A stretch of DNA of 64,000 nt from an uncultured Verrucomicrobiae bacterium (GTDB taxonomy: Bacteria; Verrucomicrobiota; Verrucomicrobiia; Chthoniobacterales; UBA10450). The stretch covers positions 167,308 through 231,307 of the forward strand of contig CAVXLV010000006.1 of assembly GCA_963762685.1 (NCBI GenBank), given 5' to 3'. The position numbers and the translations under genes were made by a program. The notes beneath the pieces are model-generated. The model ran no database searches and was not told the DNA's origin. It saw only the letters and a program-made list of their open reading frames with translations. Shown here piece by piece: positions 1 to 9,748 of the stretch (positions are counted from its first letter, which is position 1; each line of letters begins with the position of its first letter).

Positions 1-138
1 CTGCTGCGCCAGCTGCGCGGCATCAGGTTTGGCCAGCAAGGCCTTGTTGGATAAGTCGCTTTGCGGTTCTGGGGTAGGCTGGCCCGAGGCGGTAAAAAGG
101 GAACACATGACCCCTACGAGAATGGCGATTTTCTTCAC
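1..138 (-). CDS. hypothetical exported protein, N-terminal part only (gene runs off window start)
   Basis: The reverse strand reads VKKIAILVGVMCSLFTASGQPTPEPQSDLSNKALLAKPDAAQLAQQ from a GTG at 136-138 and stays open to position 1. The start is hydrophobic and signal-peptide-like. It is truncated, so it is absent from the ORF track. Confidence 0.3.
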   Translation of the reverse strand, partial: MKKIAILVGVMCSLFTASGQPTPEPQSDLSNKALLAKPDAAQLAQQ

Positions 139-185
139 AGGTCCAATCCTAGCGCTGCGGCCGGAGGCTGGAAGTCCAATTCCTC

Positions 186-437
186 CTAGTAGCGCACGTC
201 GGCGCGTTGCGGCGGCGGAGATTCACTCTTGGATCTGAACTTCGCAAACTGCCGGTCGACCGCATCGGCGGCGTTGAGCGAAGGCTGAGAGCGATCGCGC
301 GCAGCGTCGTTGCGGAGCGTCACCGCGACATGCGCCGGCAGACTAAGCACTGCGCCGAAAGCCAGCCCGAACCAAATCGCGTGCCGCGTGGTCCGGCGGG
401 GAAAATCGAAGACACTTGGGGGCTTGTCCTTATGCAC
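186..437 (-). CDS. hypothetical small membrane protein
   Basis: 83-aa ORF lying 27 nt downstream of the PPTase gene on the same strand. It has one TM-like segment (AIWFGLAFGAVLSLPAHVAV). No family is recognisable, and it could be a spurious high-GC ORF. Confidence 0.25.
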   Translation of the reverse strand: MHKDKPPSVFDFPRRTTRHAIWFGLAFGAVLSLPAHVAVTLRNDAARDRSQPSLNAADAVDRQFAKFRSKSESPPPQRADVRY

Positions 438-463
438 GGGCGAAAATTGCGCGCGCGGAGGCG

Positions 464-1213
464 TTATCGCAACTCCCCTGTTTGCGCGATGGAGATTGCA
501 GCCGCGAAATTATGCGGCGCGACCACGTCATGAATAATCCAGCCGCCGCTGGTTTCGCCCGCGTTTCCTGCCACACGCAGCATCCCGGATGGTGACGCAC
601 AGTCGAGGGCCACTTCCACCTCGCCGAGAGCGTCGAAAATTCCGCGGCCGGTGGCCTTGGCGTAGGCTTCCTTCCGCGTCCAAGCCCGGAGAAACGCGCG
701 CCTTTGCTTCTCGTGATCGGCCAAGTCCTCCCACGCCGTCAATTCGCGCGCCGAAAGAACGCGCGCGGCCAGGCCGGAGAGCTTGGCGGGATCCGAGGGC
801 AGGCGGTCCGCGGATTCGAGATCGATGCCGATGTCGCGATCGTTCGTGAGGGCGAATAGGGCCCAGCCTTCGGAGTGCGAGATGTTGAAGCGGAGGAGAG
901 AGGCGTGGGCAAGCGTAGGTTTCCCGTGCGGTCCGTAGGAAAGGTCTACAGCGGCGGGTGCCAGGCCGAGCGCGTCGCCTAGTAGTCGTCGCAAGAGACC
1001 GCGCGTCGCGGCGTAGCGGTGACGATCTTTTTCGAAATGGAACCGGCCGGCGCGAACGCGTTCGTGGTCATCCAAGGAAGCGGTCAGCTCTAAGAAATCG
1101 CTCGCTGAAATAGCATCGATGTGGGCGCGCCAAATCTGCACGCCCGGTTCGGCGACAGCTGCATTTTCAATGAGCGAATCGTGCATGCATGAAAAGCGGG
1201 GATGGACGCTCAC
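464..1213 (-). CDS. 4'-phosphopantetheinyl transferase (Sfp/EntD type)
   Basis: 249 aa with PPTase signature blocks GKPTL, FNISHSEGWALFAL, IGIDLE and WTRKEAYAKATG. Confidence 0.8.
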   Translation of the reverse strand: MSVHPRFSCMHDSLIENAAVAEPGVQIWRAHIDAISASDFLELTASLDDHERVRAGRFHFEKDRHRYAATRGLLRRLLGDALGLAPAAVDLSYGPHGKPTLAHASLLRFNISHSEGWALFALTNDRDIGIDLESADRLPSDPAKLSGLAARVLSARELTAWEDLADHEKQRRAFLRAWTRKEAYAKATGRGIFDALGEVEVALDCASPSGMLRVAGNAGETSGGWIIHDVVAPHNFAAAISIAQTGELR

Positions 1214-1296
1214 TATCGGTGCGAGAGCTTTGCGGACGCGTTCGGCATGATCCGGCGAGGGAAGTATCGGTTGGCCGTAGAATTATCGAATGAGGA

Positions 1297-2635
1297 TTAA
1301 GCAGCGCGGCCTTCGCTCGCGTCCCGCTGGAATAAACTGCGGAACCCACGATAGCTCAGGAAGAGATTCAAAAGAAGAATCGGGAGAGTGGCGATGAGAT
1401 TGAAACGAAGGAGGCTGTGGACGCTGGAAAAGTCAGTCGAAGGAATGAGAGCGATCTGCGTGAGAACGGTGAGCGGGATGTAGAGCCATGAACCGCGAAT
1501 CCACGCCTTGGCCGCGTTCAAGACCCAAAGGGTGCCGGCGATGACGTTGGCCACGGTTCCGGCCACCATAAGAAAAAGTTCGCGGTGGAGATGAGCGTAC
1601 GATTTCCCGAGCACAAAGAGGAATTGATCGGGAAAAAAGGCCGCCGCGGCGAGCGTCAATCCCGCTAAAACGGTGACGCCGCCGCTAACTGGTGGCGTAT
1701 TGCATCAGCAAGCGCCGAAAGGTTTGCGCGCGGGCAAAGGCCGGCACGAAGATGTTCGTCATTAGTTGCCCGAGGACGGCGAAGATCATGGCCAGGCGAC
1801 CGAGCGCTCCGATCTCCGCCACGGCACCGGCGTGGTGGCCGAAAAAGCTGATCAGGAAGATCGTGATCTGCCCCTGCACGCAATAGAAGATGGCGTTGGG
1901 CGCCTGATTTTTGACAAATCCGAGCATGGCGCGCCGATCGTCGTCGTTCTCCGGTGCGTGCACATCGATAACACCACCCACGTAGCGTCGCATCATCACG
2001 AACTGGAGCAGCAGCGTCGCCGAGCCGACCAGAATGGCGATACTGGCGTCGAGAAAGAGGAAGGCGCAGCCCACGAGAACGACGAGACGCACGATCGAGC
2101 CGGTGAGGTCGATGCGCTGAATGCGCGGGACATCGGAACAAAGCCGCGGGACCACACTGAGGATGGTGAAGGAAAGTTGCGCGATGATCCCGGCGAGAAT
2201 GAATCCGATGAGGAGGAGAGAAAAGCGCGGCGAGGCGCCGTTGCGCACCAGCATCAGATGGAGAATTGGAAGGATGATTGCGATCGCGACCGCGCCGAGT
2301 TTCCAGCGCAACACCTGTGCGGTGCGGATCAATTGTCCGAAACGATATCGGTCCTGCCAGACGCGGCCGCCGATGGACATCAGGCCGATGCCGATTCCCA
2401 TGTCGGCCAGCACGGCGATCGTGCCCTGCATGGTGTTCGCGATGGTGAAATAGGCGTACTGCCGTTGATCCAGATAGCGGACAAGCAGGATCCCGCTGGC
2501 AAAGCCGATGATCTGCACGATCACCTGCACGGTCGCGAAACGGCCGACCATGCGGACGCGCTTCAGGGCACGGCGGACCATCGGCCCGGTCTCTTCACTG
2601 AGCAGTGGAGTCGAGCTGGGACCGAAGAAACGCAT
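1297..2635 (-). pseudogene. polysaccharide/oligosaccharide flippase (Wzx/MOP-like), interrupted by one +1 frameshift
   Basis: Two same-strand ORFs (1685..2635, 316 aa; 1297..1659, 120 aa) are both polytopic helical membrane sequence. The frame of the downstream piece is open back to about 1730 (..VSGGVTVLAGLTLAAAAFFPD..), so the pieces join near 1685-1720. The span is 1339 nt, which is 3n+1. Confidence 0.55.
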
Positions 2636-2856
2636 TAGTGAGGCGATGCTGGCACGAGAGGGAGGGAGGACTGTTTACGATGCTATACGGATGTGGGAGA
2701 GCGGCGGAGTCATCCGGTTGGCATCATACGGACGGCTCGCGTTCGTGGCGCGAAAATATTCGCAGCAGGCCCAGCCATGGCATTTCTCGGAGAGGCCACA
2801 CTGGCGAAACGGCTGCGGTTGATTGGATGCATCATTCGTTGGAGGGTCGTTAGGGC

Positions 2857-3678
2857 ATGGCTACAAAATCGCGCGCGGAAAAACAGGAAGAAGAAATTAT
2901 CGACCGCACTTCGCCGCCGGGGGAAGTGATCTATGAGGCCATCTACGCGGAGGGCGAGCATGAGCTGCATCGCAATACGACGGAGTTGGCGCTCTCGGGG
3001 CTGGCAGCCGGCCTTTCGATGGGATTTTCGATGATGGGCGAGGCTTTGCTCCGTCATTATTTGCCGACGGCGGGGTGGACGCCGTTGATCGCGAAGTTCG
3101 GCTACAGCATCGGGTTCCTCATTGTCATCCTCGGCCGCCAGCAATTATTCACGAAGAACACGCTCACGGTGATTCTCCCGCTGCTCCGAAAGAAGGACCT
3201 TCGGATCCTCGGCCACGTCGGTCGACTGTGGACGATGGTGCTGCTCGCCAATCTCGTAGGCGCGTTTATTTTCGCCACGCTCGCCGCTCATTCCGCCGCC
3301 TTCGTTCCAGAGGTGCAAAAAATCTTTGGCGAGATCGGACGAGCGGCGATGGAGCCGGCGTTTGGGACGCTCTTGGTGCGCGGAATCGTGGCCGGTTGGC
3401 TGATCGCCCTAATGGTTTGGTTGCTGCCGTTCGCAGACGCTGGCCGGATCTGGGTGATCGTGACTCTGGCTTACTTCGTTGGTCTGGCGGAGCTCCCGCA
3501 CGTCATCGCCGGTTCGGTGGAAACATTTTATCTGGTTTTGACCGGCGCGATCTCTTTCGGGGAATGCATCGGGCATTACCTCCTTCCCACGCTTTTAGGC
3601 AACGTGATCGGCGGTGTGACCTTGGTCGCAGTCGGCGCGCATGCGGAGTATTTCGAGGCGGAGAAAACCTCAAATTGA
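2857..3678 (+). CDS. formate/nitrite transporter (FNT) family protein
   Basis: 273 aa with a typical FNT N-terminus (YEAIYAEGEHELHRNTTELALSGLAAGLSMGF) and 6 TM segments. A GGAGGG Shine-Dalgarno lies about 9 nt upstream of the ATG. Confidence 0.75.
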   Translation: MATKSRAEKQEEEIIDRTSPPGEVIYEAIYAEGEHELHRNTTELALSGLAAGLSMGFSMMGEALLRHYLPTAGWTPLIAKFGYSIGFLIVILGRQQLFTKNTLTVILPLLRKKDLRILGHVGRLWTMVLLANLVGAFIFATLAAHSAAFVPEVQKIFGEIGRAAMEPAFGTLLVRGIVAGWLIALMVWLLPFADAGRIWVIVTLAYFVGLAELPHVIAGSVETFYLVLTGAISFGECIGHYLLPTLLGNVIGGVTLVAVGAHAEYFEAEKTSN

Positions 3679-3709
3679 CCAGCAACGTCGGGTTTGCTGA
3701 CGCGATCGA

Positions 3710-4231
3710 CTACGGCGCTGACTGATGCTCTAGCGCGAGCGCATTCATGCAATAGCGCAGGCCGGTGGGCGGCGGGCCGTCGTTAAAAACATGGCCGAGG
3801 TGCGACGCGCAACGCGCGCACGAAACTTCACGACCGAAGATCGCGGAGAGGCCGCTGGCCGTGCGGATGGCGTCCGGGCGCACCGGCTGCCAAAAACTCG
3901 GCCAACCGGTGCCCGAGTCGAACTTCGTCCCGGCGAGATACAACGGATTACCGCAGGCCGCGCAGACATACGCACCGGTCTGATGCTCGATGACGTTTCC
4001 GTTTTTGGATGGTCGTTCTGTGCCCGCGCGTCGAAGCACGTAAAACTGCGCGGGCGAAAGAACGGCCTGCCACTCGGCGTTGGTCAGCTCCACTTTCTGG
4101 TCAACGGGAATCGCCTCCAGTTTCGCTCGCACCAGCGCGGGGTCCGCATCCACCGCAGTCGAGCGCGAGCAGGCCGCGAGCGTCAGCACCTGGAGAAACG
4201 CGAGGAGATATTTTTTCAGGAGATTCGCCAC
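3710..4231 (-). CDS. msrB: peptide-methionine (R)-S-oxide reductase MsrB, with signal/lipoprotein leader
   Basis: SelR/MsrB motifs are present: CAACGNPLY, GTGWPSFW, CARCASHLGHVFNDGP, GLRYCMN. The leader sequence is LLAFLQVLTLAAC. Confidence 0.9.
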   Translation of the reverse strand: MANLLKKYLLAFLQVLTLAACSRSTAVDADPALVRAKLEAIPVDQKVELTNAEWQAVLSPAQFYVLRRAGTERPSKNGNVIEHQTGAYVCAACGNPLYLAGTKFDSGTGWPSFWQPVRPDAIRTASGLSAIFGREVSCARCASHLGHVFNDGPPPTGLRYCMNALALEHQSAP

Positions 4232-4313
4232 AGCAGAGTTTACGCAGAGTTTAGCGGGCCTGCTGCTGTCAGCGAGAGTTGAATCTGCCCCTTACCCGCC
4301 GAAGAATGATCTG

Positions 4314-5156
4314 ATGACCGATCTCCCGAAGCCCGTCTTGCCTAAAGGCGAAAATCGCAAATTGCTCCAAGGCCAGAAGGCGATTGTGACAGGAGGGAGT
4401 TCCGGCATCGGCCGCGCGATCGCCTTGGCCCTCGGACACTCGGGAGCAGACGTCTGCATCAATTACCTCTCAAGCGATGAGGAAGCCAAAAGGATGGTGG
4501 ACGAGTTGCGCGGCCACGGACACACGGCCATGACCTTCCGCGCCGACGTTTCAAAAGAAGATCAGGTCATCGCCATGTTCGAAGCAGTGCGGAATGAATT
4601 CGGCACGGTGGATATCTTGATTAATAACGCCGGCCTGCAGCAGGACGCCCCGATTGAAACGATGACGCTCGCGCAATGGCAGAAAGTCATCGACGTGAAT
4701 CTGACGGGCCAGTTTCTCTGCGCGCGCGAAGCGATCCGGGAGTTTAAGCGGCGCGGGGTGAACCCAAAGGTCTCTTGCGCTGCGGGCAAGATTGTTTGCA
4801 TCAGCTCGGTGCACGAAGTGATCCCGTGGGCTGGCCATGTGAACTACGCCTCGTCGAAAGGCGGCGTGATGTTGATGATGAAAAGCATCGCCCAAGAGGT
4901 GGCGCCGCATCGCATCCGGGTGAACTCGATTGCGCCGGGCGCCATCCGCACGCCGATCAACACAGAGGCTTGGGACACGCCGGAGCATTATGAGGCGCTG
5001 ATGAAATTGATTCCCTACCAGCGCATCGGCGAGCCGGAGGAAATCGGCCGCGCTGCCGTTTGGCTGGCGAGCGATGAGTCCGATTATGTGGTGGGGACAA
5101 CGCTTTTCGTGGATGGCGGGATGACGTTGTATCCCGGGTTTGAAACCGGCGGCTAA
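4314..5156 (+). CDS. SDR family oxidoreductase (glucose 1-dehydrogenase-like)
   Basis: Inside ORF 4080..5156; the realistic start is the ATG at 4314 (MTDLPKPV..). Rossmann motif TGGSSGIGRAIA, NNAG, and a catalytic S...YxxxK region (YASSKGG). Confidence 0.8.
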   Translation: MTDLPKPVLPKGENRKLLQGQKAIVTGGSSGIGRAIALALGHSGADVCINYLSSDEEAKRMVDELRGHGHTAMTFRADVSKEDQVIAMFEAVRNEFGTVDILINNAGLQQDAPIETMTLAQWQKVIDVNLTGQFLCAREAIREFKRRGVNPKVSCAAGKIVCISSVHEVIPWAGHVNYASSKGGVMLMMKSIAQEVAPHRIRVNSIAPGAIRTPINTEAWDTPEHYEALMKLIPYQRIGEPEEIGRAAVWLASDESDYVVGTTLFVDGGMTLYPGFETGG

Positions 5157-5162
5157 CGACCC

Positions 5163-7081
5163 ATGCAGACCGACGCCAAGAATCATATTGATCCCCACGC
5201 AGAATGGCTCGAGCCCGATGGCTGCGGTGGCTTCGCCAGCGGCACGGTCTCCGGAATTCGCACGCGTCGCTATCACGCGCTGCTGCTGACGGCGACCGCG
5301 CCGCCCGCGGGTCGTCTCGTGTTGGTAAACGGTTTCGATGCGTGGCTTGAGACGGAGCAGGGGAGCTACGCGCTTTCGTCGCAGCGTTACGTGCCGGATG
5401 TGGTTCATCCCGATGGTGCGACGAGGATCGAGTCGTTCGAATATGAGCCGTGGCCGCGCTGGCGTTTTCGTATCGGTGAGGAACTCCTGGTCGAGCAGGA
5501 GATTTTTGTGCAGCCGGGGCAGTCGTCCGCGATCCTTTCCTGGAAGATTGTGGAGGGAAAATGTGACGCCACGTTACGCGTGCGACCATTTTTCTCTGGG
5601 CGTGATTTCCACTCGCTGCATCACGAAAACGCGGATTTTCGCTTCGAGCCCGAGACCGTCGGGCGAGCGCTGCGTCTGGCGGCCGTATGAGGGTGTGCCC
5701 TCAGTCTCGGTCTCGACGAATGGACGCTACGCGCACGAGCCCGCGTGGTATCGAGATTTTTTCTACACAGAGGAAAACGCGCGTGGATTGGATGCCGCGG
5801 AGGATTTAGCCAGCCCGGGTGTCTTTGAGTTTTCGGTCGGTCACAAACGCGCCATCCTGATCCTGGAAGCGGAGGGCGGATCACCCGGCACCGGTCATCA
5901 TGTCGAAGCGCGATACGCGGCCATGCATGCAGCCGAGTGGCGACGACGCCGCGCTTTTCCGACGCCGCTGCACCGGGCCGCCGACGCTTATTTGGTTCGT
6001 CGCGGAGCGGGGCAAACCATCATCGCCGGTTATCCCTGGTTCGGGGATTGGGGACGCGACACCTTCATTTCCATCCGCGGCCTCTGCATTGGGAGCGGCC
6101 GGTTGGCTGACGCGCGCGATATTCTCGTCCAGTGGGCCGGCGCAGTCTCAGAAGGCATGCTGCCAAATCGGTTCACCGATCATGGAGATGAACCGGAATA
6201 CAACTCCGTCGATGCGTCCCTCTGGTTCGTAGTCGCGGTAGGCGATTATCTCCGCGCGAGCCATGGCGGCGGGAAGGATGCGGCCACCTTGTGCGCCGCG
6301 ATCGAGGCGATCCTGTCCGGCTATCACGACGGAACCAGATTTGGCATCCGGGCCGATGCCGACGGGTTGCTGCGTGCGGGCGCGCCGGGCCAGCAACTCA
6401 CGTGGATGGACGCGCGCGCCGAGGGCCGGGAAGTCACGCCCCGAATTGGCAAGCCGGTGGAGATCCAGGCGTTGTGGCTGAATGCGCTCGCGATTGGTTC
6501 CAATTTTTCGGATCGCTGGCAACCAATTCTGGAACGCGGACGCCGTTCCTTCGAAGAACGATTTTGGAACGCCGACGGTGGATATTTGCACGATGTAGTC
6601 GATTGCGAACACCGCGCCGGGACCGTGGATGCGTCCTTCCGTCCGAACCAGATTTTCGCCGTGGGCGGTTTACCCCTCGTTCTCCTGCCGCCGGCAAAAG
6701 CGCGAAAAATGGTGGATGCGGTCGAAGCGCGTTTACTCACACCGATGGGCTTGCGGTCCCTCGCACCTGAGGAAGCGGGCTATGTCGGCCAATACGCGGG
6801 CGACCCTGCGCAACGCGATCGATCCTACCATCAGGGGACGGTTTGGCCCTGGCTGATCGGGCCATTCGTCGAGGCTTGGCTCAGGGTTCGCGAGCATTCC
6901 GCCGAGGCGAAAAAAGAGGCGGCCGAACGTTTCATCATGCCCATGCTGGCGCACCGGCGAACAGGCTGGGCTGGGTCACATCTCAGAGATCGCGGACGGC
7001 GATGCACCGCACAAGCCCGCCGGTTGCCCGTTCCAAGCGTGGTCGTTAGGCGAATTGCTCCGGCTGGATTCAATCTTGTAG
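5163..7081 (+). pseudogene. glycogen debranching enzyme (archaeal-type GDE / amylo-alpha-1,6-glucosidase), two +1 frameshifts
   Basis: One protein is spread over three successive frames. Frame 1 covers 5163 to about 5660 (EWLEPDGCGGFASGTVSGIRTRRYHALL). Frame 2 covers about 5655 to 6955 ([76 protein letters not shown]). Frame 3 covers about 6955 to 7081 ([37 protein letters not shown], stop TAG at 7079-7081). The span is 1919 nt, which is 3n+2. The ORF-track extension to 7119 is out-of-frame read-through into tRNA-Asn. Confidence 0.85.
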
Positions 7082-7109
7082 CCGGCCACCGAAGAGGCGC
7101 CAAACATAA

Positions 7110-7184
7110 TGGCTCCTGAGGTAGGACTCGAACCTACGACCAATCGGTTAACAGCCGACCGCTCTACCACTGAGCTACTCAGGA
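7110..7184 (-). tRNA. tRNA-Asn (anticodon GTT), CCA encoded
   Basis: The reverse complement folds as a cloverleaf: TCCTGAG-TA-GCTCAGTGGTAGAGC-G-GTCGG-CTGTTAA-CCGAT-TGGTC-GTAGG-TTCGAGT-CCTAC-CTCAGGA-G-CCA. The anticodon loop is CU-GUU-AA. Confidence 0.9.
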
Positions 7185-7219
7185 TCGTGTGACTCTCCGC
7201 AAAAGGAGAGTGCTGAAAT

Positions 7220-7296
7220 TGGTTGCGGGGGCGGGATTTGAACCCGCGGCCTTCAGGTTATGAGCCTGACGAGCTACCAGACTGCTCCACCCCGCG
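7220..7296 (-). tRNA. tRNA-Met (anticodon CAT), initiator type, CCA encoded
   Basis: The reverse complement is CGCGGGGTGGAGCAGTCTGGTAGCTCGTCAGGCTCATAACCTGAAGGCCGCGGGTTCAAATCCCGCCCCCGCAACCA. It has a C1-A72 mismatch and a GGTTCAAATCC T-arm, as in bacterial tRNA-fMet, and closely resembles E. coli tRNA-fMet from memory. Confidence 0.9.
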
Positions 7297-7309
7297 TCTT
7301 GAGATCGGT

Positions 7310-7337
7310 AGTATGACGCGCTCGCTCCCGCGCGCAA
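7310..7337 (-). promoter_or_regulatory. candidate sigma70-type promoter for the tRNA-fMet/tRNA-Asn unit
   Basis: On the reverse strand: TTGCGC, a 16-nt spacer, then CATACT, ending about 13 nt before the tRNA-fMet 5' end. The match is weak and the promoter consensus of this lineage is unknown. Confidence 0.25.
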
Positions 7338-7398
7338 CTGCATTAATTTTTCCGAACGGTGGATTGATTTCGTTGCCTCACCGCGCTGTCATGAGCGG

Positions 7399-8325
7399 GT
7401 GAGTGACGCGCATGGAAACATCCTCGTCGGGACGGCGAGCTGGTCGGATCCTGGCTTTGTGCAGCGCTGGTATCCAAGGGGAATGCCGGCGGGCGAGCGA
7501 CTGGCTTGGTATGCGCAACACTTCGAAATGGTGGAGGTGAATTCTACCTTCTACGCGGTGCCGGATTTGCGGATGGTGGAGCGCTGGTGCCGGAGCACGC
7601 CGGATGATTTTGTCTTCAATGTGAAGCTGCACCAATTGCTCTCGCGGCATTCGACCGCGGTGAAATTGCTGCCGCGAAACCTGCAGCGCGTCGCGGAGAC
7701 GGATGCGAAGGGCAAGGTGCGCCTGACTCCGGAAATCGAAGCAAAAATGTTGCACGAAGTGCGAGCCGTCGCGGAGCTGTTGCGGGCGGAGGGAAAGCTG
7801 GGCGTTCTTTTGCTGCAGCTGTCGCCCTCCTTCTCTCCGCGCAAACACGGGCTCGAGGAACTGCGACCGCTCCTGGCCACGTTGGCGGAATATCGGCTGG
7901 CGGTGGAATTCCGAAATCGCAATTGGGCGGAAGGCGATTCGCTCGTGGAGATGCTCGAGTTTTTGCGGACGCATACCGCTGCTTTGGTTTCGGTCGATAC
8001 ACCATCGCAGCAGCACTTCACCATCATGCCGCCGGAATTGGATGAGAGCACTGATCCGCGGATCGGCTATCTGCGCTTGCACGGGCGGGATGCGAAGGCT
8101 TACACCACCGGCAAGACGGTGGCAGAGCGTTTTTATTACGATTACAGCGATGCGGAAATCGCGCAGGTGGCGCAGCGCAGTCGCAAGCTGTCCGAGCAGG
8201 CGCAGCAAGTGCACGTGGTCTTCAATAACAATGCGCTCGATTACGCTCCGCATGCGGCCTTGCGTTTGCGGGCCGCCTTGCGCCAGATCGCGCATGCGCC
8301 TGCGCGGCAGGCGGAACTGTTATAA
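7399..8325 (+). CDS. DUF72 (UPF0759) family protein
   Basis: 308 aa. Typical DUF72 N-terminus ILVGTASWSDPGFVQRWYP ... YAQHFEMVEVNSTFYAVP, plus a later LRLHGR block. Confidence 0.85.
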   Translation: MSDAHGNILVGTASWSDPGFVQRWYPRGMPAGERLAWYAQHFEMVEVNSTFYAVPDLRMVERWCRSTPDDFVFNVKLHQLLSRHSTAVKLLPRNLQRVAETDAKGKVRLTPEIEAKMLHEVRAVAELLRAEGKLGVLLLQLSPSFSPRKHGLEELRPLLATLAEYRLAVEFRNRNWAEGDSLVEMLEFLRTHTAALVSVDTPSQQHFTIMPPELDESTDPRIGYLRLHGRDAKAYTTGKTVAERFYYDYSDAEIAQVAQRSRKLSEQAQQVHVVFNNNALDYAPHAALRLRAALRQIAHAPARQAELL

Positions 8326-8375
8326 TCCGGCGCGCGTGACGCCGGGCGCTTTCGCGAGTAAATGGATGCAATCCC

Positions 8376-8903
8376 ATGGCCAAATATCTAGTCGTTAGTG
8401 CGAGCGGAAATCCCAAGAGTAACAGTCGGCGGATGTGCCAGCTGGCCTTCGCCTGGATGCAGAAAGCTCAGATCGATTGTGAGTGGATCGATTTGCGCGA
8501 TCTCGACCTCCCGCTGTGCGACGCGGACGCCTGCTACGCGTCGCCCGGAGCAAAGAAGATCAGTCAGGCGATCCGTTCGGCCGACGGGATACTCGTCGGT
8601 GCGCCCGTCTATAATTACGATGTGAGCGCCTCGGCCAAGAACATGATCGAGCTGACGGGCATCGCCTGGGAGGACAAGGTGGTCGGCTTCCTGTGTGCCG
8701 CGGGCGGCATGAGCAGCTACATGTCGGTGATGGCCTACGCGAACAGCCTCATGCTGGATTTTCGCTGCGTCATCGTTCCGCGCTTCGTCTACGCGACGAG
8801 TAGCGCGTTTGAGGGCGACCAGGCGGCGGATGAGAAGATGGTGCAACGCATCGAGCAGGTGGCCGCCGAGGTGGTGCGTTTCACCACTGCTTTGCGTGGC
8901 TAG
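8376..8903 (+). CDS. NAD(P)H-dependent FMN reductase family oxidoreductase
   Basis: 175 aa flavodoxin-like protein: MAKYLVVSASGNPKSNSRRM, ADGILVGAPVYNYDVSASAKNMIE. Confidence 0.75.
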   Translation: MAKYLVVSASGNPKSNSRRMCQLAFAWMQKAQIDCEWIDLRDLDLPLCDADACYASPGAKKISQAIRSADGILVGAPVYNYDVSASAKNMIELTGIAWEDKVVGFLCAAGGMSSYMSVMAYANSLMLDFRCVIVPRFVYATSSAFEGDQAADEKMVQRIEQVAAEVVRFTTALRG

Positions 8904-9748
8904 CCGTTCGCCTGGAAGTCGCGTCGCATCAGAAATTGGCTGAGCTTTTCGCGGCTGAAGCCGAGCGGTTGGAATATTTTCACGCCAAACTCTTCAGGGA
9001 AAACAGGGACGGCGAAAAACTCACGCCCGTGAAATTGACCGATGGTCGCCGCCAGCGCATCGCGTCGCGCTGGCCAATCTGCGGTCGCGGAGAAAATGCC
9101 ATGCACACGAATGGGTCCTTCGACGAGCGGATCAGCGATGACGATGGACACTTCTCCAAGCCGGTAGGCACGGGTGCCGGGAACCTTGGCCACAGCAAAG
9201 CGGGAGATCGACCACGGCTGGTCCGGATAGAAGTCCGCCGTCGGTGTATTGAGCGCCTGGGCGATGGAAATCTGTTCCACTTTCCGACTGGCAGCACTCA
9301 TTTCGGCACTCGTTAGGCGCCAGCCGTTCAACCGGCCCTTCTCGCGGAAACCTTCCCGCCGATAGAGCGCGTGGGCGCGTGGATTTTGCTCGATCACTTC
9401 CAGCACCATCCCGAGTTCACCGCGAGCGCGGGCTTCGTCGCAGAGATGTCGCAAGAGATGACTCGCGGCCCCGGTGCCACGAGCGCTCGGTGCGAGAGCC
9501 ATGCAGGCGAGACGCGAGATGTTGCCGGTGCGATTAATGTAGCCAAAGCCGGCAAGCCCTTCCGTATTGCTTTGCACAAACCGGCTGCAATAAAGGTCCG
9601 CGCCTTGAAGCGAGAGGAAGCGCGCCAAACCAGCGGCATCCAGATCCGTCCAACCGCCGATGTAGCCCGCAAAAGCGCGGTTGGCGACGAGGGCCTGTTC
9701 GGCGAGCGGAATTTCAACCGCGGAGAGAATGCTGAACGACATCGTCAC
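8900..9748 (-). CDS. GNAT family N-acetyltransferase
   Basis: 282 aa. Acetyl-CoA binding block MALAPSARGTGAASHLLRHL, and ALYRREGFREKGRL. The stop overlaps the convergent FMN reductase gene by 4 nt. Confidence 0.7.
   Translation of the reverse strand: MTMSFSILSAVEIPLAEQALVANRAFAGYIGGWTDLDAAGLARFLSLQGADLYCSRFVQSNTEGLAGFGYINRTGNISRLACMALAPSARGTGAASHLLRHLCDEARARGELGMVLEVIEQNPRAHALYRREGFREKGRLNGWRLTSAEMSAASRKVEQISIAQALNTPTADFYPDQPWSISRFAVAKVPGTRAYRLGEVSIVIADPLVEGPIRVHGIFSATADWPARRDALAATIGQFHGREFFAVPVFPEEFGVKIFQPLGFSREKLSQFLMRRDFQANG

Noticed and set aside
5338-7119. The ORF-track model of the debranching enzyme extends to 7119 and overlaps tRNA-Asn.
   Set aside because: The last roughly 55 codons (..[20 protein letters not shown]..) are out of frame. 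The conserved C-terminus ([29 protein letters not shown]) is in the next frame and stops at 7081, before the tRNA.
7082-7398. The tRNA-Asn / tRNA-fMet pair as a possible integration hotspot for a genomic island.
   Set aside because: There is no integrase, no duplicated tRNA 3' fragment or direct repeat, and no compositional break nearby. The flanking genes (GDE, DUF72) look like core metabolism.
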